63,918 nucleotides of DNA from NCBI GenBank assembly GCA_002633005.1, contig NMRA01000305.1, forward strand, positions 280,195 through 344,112, in the 5' to 3' direction. Position numbers and translations under genes: made by a program. Below, in pieces: positions 14,557 to 26,130 of the stretch; the first letter of the stretch is position 1; every line of letters starts with the position of its first letter. The notes under the pieces were generated by a model that was not told the origin of the DNA, did not search any database, and saw only the letters and a list, made by a program, of their open reading frames with translations. Source of the DNA: Phoronis australis. Taxonomy: Eukaryota; Animalia; Phoronida.

Positions 14557-14802
14557 CAGGGCTTGGAATTTTCTTCTTCTGAAAGGTTTTCCTCTTTTTT
14601 GGTTTCTGTTTCACCTGATTTGTTTTTTCGGTCTTCTTTTTTCATCTCTTTATATCATTATTTTGATTTATATTCATGCAAAAATGTTTATTTCAATTAA
14701 ATAAATTTTACAACACAAAAATATTTCTATCAGCCTATTTGTGGAACGATACATCACCTGGAAAATTTTCCTCTTTCTTCTCATAGGTCATTCCAAGCCC
14801 TG
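14557..14802. mobile_element. MITE sharing the CAGGGCTTGGAAT TIRs but with a different interior, downstream of the POC1 stop
   Basis: CAGGGCTTGGAATTTTC...GGTCATTCCAAGCCCTG; flanks CAAAAA and CTAAAA. Confidence 0.7.
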
Positions 14803-15123
14803 CTAAAAGTGCTTCGAATTTCAACTCAAAGAACTTTCTAATTCTTCCAATTTATTATTTTTTTAAAATATTTTTACAAAGCACAGTCAGTTTTCCCATT
14901 CTACTACATGTTCTACATTTAGGAACCTTTGCTTTTTTCGTCATATTGTTTTCGAAATTGGTGATATTTTAGGATAATATTTGGTGATCTCAGCCCTGGT
15001 GTACTGAAACAGAATACAGTACTCTAAATCAGACAAACTCATCTATTTCGAACACCAGTTGTCAATTCAGTGGATCTGTTATTTGTTATTTGTTAAGGTT
15101 ATGCAGGACCTCATCGACAAGTC

Positions 15124-15345
15124 GAGGAGGCAGTGTGGCCTGGTTGATAAGTGCCCCCTTTCTTTACTCGAGGTCGTGGGTTCGAGTCCCACCAGGTCCA
15201 CTGCTAAACCCTTGAGCCAGGTTCGGCTCGGTTTTAACCATATATCAATAAAGCATAAAAATATTTCCAGGTGATCAGTGCAATGGGCCCACATGCGAGG
15301 CCTGCGCACGTCTGGTACAACGTGTATCAGACCGCCTGCAATTAT
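15124..15345 (+). mobile_element. tRNA-derived SINE, family A
   Basis: A-box-like TGGCCTGGTTGA, B box GGTTCGAGTCCC, followed by about 150 nt of non-tRNA body shared with 12451-12683. Confidence 0.75.
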
Positions 15346-17857
15346 TTATTACATTATCTACGAGTCTGTGCACTTAGTGAAACATCTACTTAACAGATGA
15401 AGTCTTTAAGTGTGACGCAGTTTTCCGAAATATGATGTTCAAAGACATTTTTTCTAGGTTCCTACATAATTTTAGTATTTTTATGTAGCCACATGTACGT
15501 ATGTAGGGTTCATAAATGCCGTCACATATGAAAATAGACATATGAAATAGACTTTATCCGCGGACCTTTGCCATAAGGATGTACGCGTGACTTGCAGTTA
15601 CTTTCTAATTTCATGAGAGTATTCTCTAGTTTAGGGTCAGGTTCTATCAGTTGTAGCCCATTAAATCTGTGAATATGTACGTTATTGAATGCGTACAAAT
15701 ATTGCGAGTCTTTCCCGATGTTCTGAGTAGAATCATTAAGTAGCGGAAATTACTTAATTGAGAAACTCAGGAATGCAGGTCGATTTTAAAGTTCCAAATC
15801 TCCCGTTTTGCAACATTTTTCACTTCTAAATCAGCTTTTTTACTTTTGTATCGTATGAGTATCACTTTTCTGTGAACTGTTGTTTGTGTCATAGTTATCT
15901 ACTTAGAAATTTAGAAGACACATATAGAATTAAGAGACACGTTACTTTAGATGCAACTTTTGATAAAAATCACCCGTTTCATTTTTTGGTTGTCTTATAT
16001 TTTTCATTGCTAAAATACCTCCTCAGTCTCCTCATTTTCATATATACATTTTATGCGTCATTCCGTGCCAGTGAAGAGGTTGCTGGATGGTTTTCCCATA
16101 CCCCGAGAAGTCGTCCGCCCCAAATATTTTTGAATGTTGATTGGCTGGGCCCCAGTGTTTGGAACAGTAAGGCAAACCGTGGGGAAAGCCAATTTAATCT
16201 CACAGGGCTCGTTTTTTGAAAATCTATTGACATGGTGCATTTGTCGCTGATTGTTTGTAAATATTACTTTGTACATTTTGTTACTGGTGTATGTGTGAAG
16301 CTGTATAGAAAATATTTAAAATGTATTTTGTAATAAATTATTAAATATTTTGTATAGAAATAATGATTTTCTGAAAAGGTGACAAATTTTCTCAACATTT
16401 TAACTCTCTTAACTTTTTAATAACCTTTCTTTCAGACAGGTCTCATTAACGTCACGTAATTAAGCATTGTGTTCAATGAGACTAAATCATTGATAGCATG
16501 TGTTCATAAGATCCCCATTAATTACTCACAAGAGTTCAGACAACTTCCATCTTCGTTATAAAATTATGATTTTATTAAGGCTTCGAAAAAGAAGCAGAAA
16601 TGCAAAACATTTCATGATTTATGAATTATTTACAAAGTTGAACAAATTGCACCGCAGTAATAAGTCAGATACACTTGCACTTCACAAAACAATTGACGAT
16701 TGAACTTTGTACTTATAACTTTAGCACGGAGCCATGAACTAAAACCTATTTATCAGTAATACTACACGTTGCTCTCACTTGACCGAAGCAGCTGACCAAA
16801 GGTGACCCCAACCTGGGTTCTCACTGCCAACTAACTGACCACCAGTGACTGTCTGATGCCTAAAAACCACTGACCAGTCGATCAAACAGAAATCTAAAGT
16901 CAACATTCTAGTTATCAAAGAAATTATGGTTTGAATTAAATCGTTCAAAAATTAACAAAACTTATTTCACATTTGTCATAAACAATAAACAACAAATGAT
17001 CAGCGAACTAACAGTACCGACAGACAAGTCAACTCAATAGTATCTCATTGGTTGCACTTCACTTTGCTGGGTCAATTGGCTAAAACATTTGATTGGTTCT
17101 CGGTGACAACTTCCAGCTTACTGACCAATAGGATATCTTAGACGGTGGACTATTGGAACGGCGAAGTTATGCAGCAGATAAGTTGCAGGCATTAACTCAA
17201 TCAAAAACAATTTTATCAAAATCTCACAGTAGCATTTCCGTTCAAAAATCAAAATTTTATCAATTATCAGTTGACCTCGAATCTCTGTTGTTTTGTGCCA
17301 ATCTAGAGTACTACTTGTTAATACATTCCAAATATGATAAGGTGATGAGGCTTATGAAATGGAGCTGATTCACCCAATGCAACCATTTTAACCTAAACCA
17401 GAAATTACAAAAAAGCGCCTAATCATAAATTACTCGGAGATGCTTGAAAAAAATACACAATTAATACTCTGGATGCCTTATGTTTCCTGAAGTGAATTTT
17501 TAAAGTATTAACTAAAGCCACTTCAGCAGCAAACTGAGTCCCAGAGTTGAGAACCCCTCTCTACTGAACATTCGCACAGTCATCAAACTGGATGAACTGT
17601 TAAGGAGAATCCGCTGGTTACAATGGCAACTAACCCAGGGTGGAAAATCTGAGTTACCATCCTTATACGGTCTTGGCAGCTTGTGCCATGTTGACACTTA
17701 TTGAAACAAGACAACTTTGCTTTGATGATCAGCAAGTATATCACCATGGTAACATGCCTTGGCAGTACATATACCTTGGTTTGCGCAGCAACGCAGCCTT
17801 GATGGCACGGCGCAGTGCTACAAATACACAGAGGTTACCATGGCAACACACACAAGT

Positions 17858-20800
17858 CTACTTCTTGTTCTCCAAGTGTTTGGGTGCATCAGCGAACATG
17901 TACTTGAGTTTGAAAGCTTCAGCCAGCAGCTCACTGACTTCTTCGTTTTTCCAATGATGTGTCGGTAGGTTTTGTAACGTCAACATGATACCCTGAAAAT
18001 GAATCAAAAACTGACCAATTGGCTCGATAAACTCTCTATTACGTCCATTCTAGTAGACCAAGTAGTCAGTAGGTATAGTGCACAATTACTTTCATGATGC
18101 CAACACATTTTCGCAGATTCAGTCGCACCATAATTCTATAAGTGCATTGTTTATTGACGTGTTTAGTACAACTTTATTTCACTACTTAGACTTCCGACCC
18201 ACACACATGTATACGAACGTACCAAATACAAGATGTGTGGAATTAACACTGAAAGGAGATCTGACACCATACAGGCATTTAAATTAACTATGCGTAGTAA
18301 AAACTTGGTGAATGAAGACAGTTAAGTTGCAAAAATTTCAGGAGTTCATGAAATAAATGAAGTGGCCATTATCGAAGTTTCTAATATTAAAACAAATGTC
18401 AAACTTTCTCCTAAAACCGTATACACCCGACACTCTTTAGTTGTCATCTGGCAAACTATCCCCTTTGGATTGAATGCTTAATGTTAAAACTGTCCACTTT
18501 ACATTGAATGCTTACTGTTAAAAGGTGTAACACATAATTGACCTATCGCCAGGATTTTGAGTGACCGCTTAACTGACCAACCGGAACGCAGCACTCTTGA
18601 CACACCTTCGTTTTCAAGCTGTCATTTTACTCGACAAACAACACATTGCCGGGTAAAATGTATTGCTTGTTTGTCGACATTTTGCAAGGGGGCAGAGCTT
18701 GCGATAAGTCAATTGTTGCTAGTGCAGAAATAAAATTTCAAAAGTACAGTTAGATATTCAGTATAAAAACAATTTGGGCGGTTTTTGTCAGTTTGTTTCC
18801 CAATAGTCAGTAGTCTTGGGTGATTTAAGTCGCAGATGACCGACAGTATTCCAGTCTCTAGAAATATTGAGGCAACAGATTCCTTAGATTCAATAAACAG
18901 GAAGTAGCAACTCCATCTAGTGTTCAGGTCTTGAATCAAGCAATAGAAGGTGTCCTAAAAGTGTATTCACAATTCAGTACAAATTCAGTTCAGAACGTAA
19001 ATTTAAGGTGCAGTGCTACTGAAAAATCAAAATCTTTAGAGAAGTGCAGAGACAATTAATCTCCATCCTAAGTTAATAAATGTATTTAATATTTTGGTCA
19101 AAAATTTTAATTCCTTTTTTGATTACAACAAAATTGATGGATTTAAACTTGTCTTGCTCCGTAGTCAATGAACAATCTACTTATTATTATCTGAAGTGAG
19201 AGTACATTTTTGGGACACCGTGTAGATAGAAGAAAAATAACAAAAACACAACTTTACCTGGAAATCTCTTTCCCTTGTTATTTCAAGTGAGAATCTTTTT
19301 AAAAATGCAGCGCAGACATACAAGTGAAACGAGGCGAAGCCGTCAGGTTCACACTGAAACAAGACATATACATTAATAAAAAATCTTGCAAACATTTTAA
19401 GTCTTGTCAGCACGCCATCTGTTGGCCACATCACATGACCTAATGAATATAAGTCTGAAAAAATTTCTACTTGAACCTAGGATCTTCTGCTAACCGTACA
19501 GATGCTCTAGGCATTGAGCAATAAATTACAAACAATAAAAATCTTATCATTCAGTTCAGCTGGTGACTACTAAAAGGTAAACGCATCTGTGACAAAAAAG
19601 CCTCAACCCCATCTCCGTACATCGTTATTCCGTGAGCTTCATTCATGGTCCGGCCAAGCACAAGTAATCAATTTATCAGTTTTGCATTAAACAAAGACAC
19701 CTTTACTCTGCCGCACTGAAAAAAATCACTCCAATTTAGAGAAATCAACCCCCCAACGACCCACAACCTGTACCAACCCATGACCCCTGCTGACCCATGA
19801 CCTCACCTAACCCTTGACCCATACTTACCAGGTAGGTGTCCCACAGCCTGACAACACACCTCAGGGGCAACTCCCTCATCAACAGATTATTCATCCACCT
19901 GAATGCAAACTGTAGATACTCCACGTGATTCTTGAGTAAATGAGAATGAAGTGGCGCTAAAAAAAAACAAAGCGTAACTTTGTATGTCTAGTCACAACAC
20001 GCATGAAGTCAAATGATAGCACAAAGCAGGTCTTTCCAGCCACCCATCAGAAAACACTGCAACGTGGTGAGTGTTTGGGGTTTAGTTCCCACTAAGTGAC
20101 TTCCTTCACCAACAACACTTAAAGCTGCTAGTTTGTCTGTCAGGGTTACCAACACTTGGCCCTAACTTTACAGACCCTTCCCAACAACCTGTACCAACCC
20201 ATGACCCCTGCTGACCCATGACCTCACCTAACCCTTGACCCATACTTACCAACATGTGACGCTCATCTTTCACCCAACAAACTCAGCCTCGTCGACTTCC
20301 CACCTTAGGTACTCATTCCTGAGAGCCCGCAACTGACCAACCCTACCGCTCCGCAGTCCCAGGTACACTAAATTATCCCTCTTAACCCTCAAACGTGTAC
20401 ACCAACCCAGGCCTTCTGAACCTAACCAGAGAACACTGTAAAATCTCATCAATTTAAAACACAATGTGGCAAACAAGTTAAATTTTGTATTTTCATTTTT
20501 TCGTAAAAAAGACGATAAGCACTAATTAAAAGTTTTATCAGTTAAAAGTTCGAGCTAACAATAAACATTTTTAACTCTGGTCTGCATGCCACCTGTTGGC
20601 CACATCCCATGACCTTGACAGTGTGACATTCACAACAGTGTTAGAAGCCTTAGAAATGAAAAAGATCAATTATGACAATTCTTTTTGTCCAAAGTCCGTG
20701 ACATCTTACAGAAAGTCGTCGCAACTGAGACCCCACCATTTTGCATCACTCCTCCTTATGCCCCACCAAACTAACCCATTCTTCAAGACCCGCATACCCA

Positions 20801-23800
20801 ACTTACCATCGATCCTCTCGATGAGTCCTGCCAAGTCATTAACCTTGACCTGAATACCAGGCTGTGCGAAAGTATAATTATCTTGTATACCGTCCAACAG
20901 CTTGGACATACACCAGAAGCTATCAGCCTCTATGTTATTTAAGTCTTCTGTTGCCACGGCTTCACTGATATCAACATTCTCTGTCTCTATATCTGAAAGC
21001 AGACCGGTCATTATAATTAAACCAGTCGGCACATACAACAGCAAAACATAATTTGTCAGTTATGGTCGTTATGAAGGTAACAAATTAAAGCCAGCGCTGC
21101 AACTTGAAACGTTAATAAGCTGAATATAAAAAACAAGAGCAACGCGGAGCGTTGAAATGCGCCCACAATTGCACCGCATACGGTATCCTTCTAGGGTTGT
21201 TTATTGGTACCATAAAGTGGCCAGTAGAGGGCATACTTTGCAAAATGGAAAGGAATGGTCCTTGTCTCCTCAATAGGCTAGGGGCAAAATGTGAGTAATC
21301 TTCATAATACAAGCACATCCTATACACCAGTTGCTTAAAGCACCACAGAAACATAGAATTAAAAACAAATTTACCAACATACGAGATTAGCACAGCATTA
21401 GAATGCNNNNNNNNNNNNNNNNNNNNNNNNNNNNNNNNNNNNNNNNNNNNNNNNNNNNNNNNNNNNNNNNNNNNNNNNNNNNNNNNNNNNNNNNNNNNNN
21501 NNNNNNNNNNNNNNNNNNNNNNNNNNNNNNNNNNNNNNNNNNNNNNNNNNNNNNNNNNNNNNNNNNNNNNNNNNNNNNNNNNNNNNNNNNNNNNNNNNNN
21601 NNNNNNNNNNNNNNNNNNNNNNNNNNNNNNNNNNNNNNNNNNNNNNNNNNNNNNNNNNNNNNNNNNNNNNNNNNNNNNNNNNNNNNNNNNNNNNNNNNNN
21701 NNNNNNNNNNNNNNNNNNNNNNNNNNNNNNNNNNNNNNNNNNNNNNNNNNNNNNNNNNNNNNNNNNNNNNNNNNNNNNNNNNNNNNNNNNNNNNNNNNNN
21801 NNNNNNNNNNNNNNNNNNNNNNNNNNNNNNNNNNNNNNNNNNNNNNNNNNNNNNNNNNNNNNNNNNNNNNNNNNNNNNNNNNNNNNNNNNNNNNNNNNNN
21901 NNNNNNNNNNNNNNNNNNNNNNNNNNNNNNNNNNNNNNNNNNNNNNNNNNNNNNNNNNNNNNNNNNNNNNNNNNNNNNNNNNNNNNNNNNNNNNNNNNNN
22001 NNNNNNNNNNNNNNNNNNNNNNNNNNNNNNNNNNNNNNNNNNNNNNNNNNNNNNNNNNNNNNNNNNNNNNNNNNNNNNNNNNNNNNNNNNNNNNNNNNNN
22101 NNNNNNNNNNNNNNNNNNNNNNNNNNNNNNNNNNNNNNNNTAAAAATGGCCACTAGGTGGCGCAAACTATGTCGAATCCATCCGAAAACGGCAGGATAGC
22201 GTCATCTCACTACTAGGTGCCTACATACCAAATTTCATGAAAATCCGTTCAGGACTTTTGAAGATACAAAGGTAAGCGTAAAAAACTAAAATTGCCACTA
22301 GGGGGCACACCGGTAGTCGGATCCGTCCGAAAGTTCGCACATGCCGTCCCATTCATGAATGGAACATATGTGCCAAATTTCATGAACGTATGTCAAAGGG
22401 TTTTGGAGATAGAGCCGCGGACGCCGGACGCCAGACGCCGGACGCCGGACGGACGCCGCCCGGACGGACGGACGGACGGACGGACGGACAGAGATGACGG
22501 CATAATGCGTCCACATATAAATATGTGGGCGCATAATAATTGCAGGCGGTCTGGTACACGTCTGCTACACGTTGTAGCAGACGTGCGAAGGCCCCTCAGT
22601 CGGGCCCGCTGCACTGATCTCGCAAATAAGCTGAGTAACCTATCCTACAGCCAAAAGATTATATTATGCAAAATCGTTAAAGTTTTCTAAAATATTGTTA
22701 CGTATTCGTTCTACGCAACTTAATTTTTTTTGCATGAAAATGATGAAAATCTTATTTTTGATGGACCTTTATGCTATAGCAGAGCATTTTAAACAATTCC
22801 TAAAAGGTTTTGGAGAACAATGCCTAAAGCATAGAATCTGAAAGTTTCACATGAGTCCAATCAATTTTTTTTGTGAAGTATGAAGTTCCGAAGTTAGCCA
22901 AAATTTTTTAACATGCGATTTAACTTCCAGCTACAGTCGAACATACCGTGGTCAATAAACTCTGACAAGAACACAACAAAGAAGGGTGTGACGAGATCGT
23001 TCATTCCCTGGACATAACCACTAGCAGGATGTCGAATGGCCCATATGAACAGAATGCGTTCAAATATCTGTGGAATAAATGCAACAAGATGAATGACATA
23101 CGTTCAAAACATTGCGAATTAACAGGGTCACATCATCAAGAGGTATTCCAGTATTCTGTGTAGATATTTGGCGGTTCTTCAACAAAGAGACATGACATAT
23201 TCGAAGGAGGTTCATCACTTAGCTATATACAAAAGTTTGTGTTATATATTTAGTGTTATGTATAACTACACTGGTAGAACAGAGTGGTTCGGTAATTTTC
23301 TGTGACAAGTGTAAGGCCACATTGGCAGACGAGTATGATTAATAAAAAGTTATATAAGTTATAATTAATGATGCCGACATTATACGACATTTCGATACTC
23401 CTCAACATCATCATCAGGTATACATAATACAGTACAGGGATGCAATAACACATATACAAAGGTGCGCAGAACGTATACCTTTTGAACAACTTCTTGTTGG
23501 AACATGGGTATTAAGGGGTTCATCCGCGGTACGTCTATGTGGATCTGTGTTGAGAGAACGGTTTATTAGAAAACACGAATGGAGCTTAATGGAAAGAATT
23601 AAAGGAATGAAAGGCTGATACAAAATGGAGAAATAGGCGTAGGCAATACTGACACAATGAAGGACCGGGGTTACACAAGCGTATAACTCCCATAAGTCGG
23701 ATAAAACCCGACTTAGACATTGTGACCAAAGTAAGGCAAAAATATGACTTATCTGAACGGTCGAATGTACAAACTAGAGCATCCGAGCTATGAAAAAATC

Positions 23801-26094
23801 TGAGTTTATCAATATCAGACTAATGTGAGTTTTACTAGAAGCTTATTTAACAGCGTCTTTCTCATGTGAGAAATGTGTCTGCTCAATGCTCGGTATCTCC
23901 GAAATGTCATTCGTTAAATTTCAGCAACTTGGCTTACTACACATGTTCACTTTATGGCAATAGTCTGAAAAAAGTGCCCGTACTTTGAGAACCAGTTTGA
24001 TGCACATTATTCAGTGGAGAAAACTGGGTCTCAAAATGCGGTCAAATTATACCATTACCCACTCTATGACAACACCACATCAGTAAGCAGAATATCAATC
24101 AAAATGAGAAAATTCTAAACGGCACGTATCAAGACCGACACCTCCTGTATTCAGGAGAGTTTGAATTCAGACCTTTGGAATTTCAACATAAATTTGAGTG
24201 CTAACTAAGAAGTGTCCAAAAGTATGCAAGCGAGACTTAAAACACATATCCATGGTTGAAGCACGTGCCACATGAAACTCTGAAAGGAATTCCAACCGAC
24301 CTGTCGAAACGTGGGAGAATGGAGATCGTCATCGCGAGTGTGGAAGTACTGCTCGATGAAGCTGAAATATTCTTGCCTTTTCCTCTCCAGAGTGGGCCGT
24401 CTTCTGTCCTGATTGGCTGGCAGGTAACCCTGAAAGACGCATTGCGACAGGTGCTGTACACGCCAAAGGTAATCATGCAAAATATCGTTTTCAATCGTGA
24501 CCGGTTACGACCCAACTTGAGGCGTTATGACGGGTTATTCTGAATACTGACAGATGAATCCACTTGCACTCAGTTGTCACAATTGGGAATTACAGATCAT
24601 TTAGTCATATTAGTATTGACGTGTACTGCATTCAGGCACACCCGAATTATTTAATACAACATAAAACCCTCAAAGAGAATGTCAAAGCTTAAAGTCTTAC
24701 ACTAAATTTGCTGCACGTTCATAAAAGTTAGATTAAAGTATAATTTAAAGTTAACCATCAAAAATCTGAATGTTTTGCATTTGATTCAGTAGGGATAATA
24801 CAGTGTTTTAGTTGTATTTTAATCTGTGCTAATCCTAGAAACTAATCCCTTCCTGACCCAGTAAGACCACATGTTGCATTTCTCAACTTACAGCCAATAT
24901 TTTCCATGTGACAGGCCTGACAGCATTAGATATACCGGACCAACAGGCCTTCTGTAATTGGTCTGAAAATACATAAAGCAGACGTTAGCCTCGTAACAGT
25001 TTAAAAAAACACATTTGTCCTTCAGCTGCTCACTATTTGGTCAAATTTAGCCATTCTTTGAAATAAAATAGACACACCATACACGATTCTATTGAAAATA
25101 ATGTGACATGAATGATGACAAATTCGTTCACAGCTACACCAAGAGGGTGCAAACCGTGCTTACCACACCCTGCAGAAAACTCTTACCTCGCAACATATAA
25201 ACCCTTGCGGAAAATTTTCACTGCAAGTGACCGAAAATACTACAGAGCACATAGAAACTGGGTCTGTGATAAGAGCCCGTAAGTTCGGGTTCGATGGTAA
25301 GAGTCTTTCTGAGAGTTGGAACAGTTTTTGTTGTGTGTGGTAATGGCACCCAACCCCGGAAAGTGTTGGTTTCCACCCCCTGGTGGTGAGTTTACATACT
25401 ATAGAGCACCAGCTGCAAGTCAACATTAATACTTCATATCCAATCATTCCAGCCTTGACTATTCAAAACACATAGGAGGTAACAAAACTAGTATCTCCTC
25501 AGCCAGGGCCATAAACCCTTTGCTTAGCTGTGTTTACATAAATAGGCCAGTTGAGACAGCTGTATGACTGAGAGCAGAGTTCACAAAGAACTACTTTCAC
25601 TGACCTTGCATGTCAATTTCAAAAAGCCTATTGTGTGTGAACGACGCCCATGATTTTCAACCATCCGCAAAATGCTAAGCCGCTATTCAGATTGGTTACC
25701 CCTCCAAGCCCAAAATGAATGTCTGAATAAAATCTCAATTTCACCATGCATCAATTGTATACTACCTTGCCACATAGTATTTCCTGTATTCTTGAAGTCA
25801 TGCACTCACCTAAATCTACACTAGGACCTGTCAATAGTTTCTGTAGTTTGTCGTATTTATTTAGACTCTGTTCCCTCTCTGGCAGGTGAGTCCTACGTAC
25901 AGGCACGACATGACCAGGATGTTGGAGTGAAGAAGAGACTCGACCCGTAGATGATGACTTCTTGGCTGCATTGCTGGGTTTGATGGCTGCAAGGACACAG
26001 TTTACAGCCAAACTAACACATCTTAGAAATGAAATCACAACACCAGAGCATTTACATTAGACTGTGCGGGAGACTGTAGGTGTATAGTCAGCTT

Positions 26095-26130
<36 letters not shown>

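Noticed and set aside
15124-15200. tRNA genes here and near 12610-12683, 27945-28020, 32186-32250, 56455-56680
   Set aside because: A/B boxes are present but I see no convincing cloverleaf, and most continue into shared repeat bodies; treated as SINE heads.
21398-22165. 255-aa and 246-aa ORFs in the track
   Set aside because: They are translations of the N gap.
22292-22690. 132-aa ORF and similar ORFs at 9633-10693 and 41231-42272
   Set aside because: They lie inside HINE-like repeats and microsatellite; no transposase or Rep/helicase motifs.
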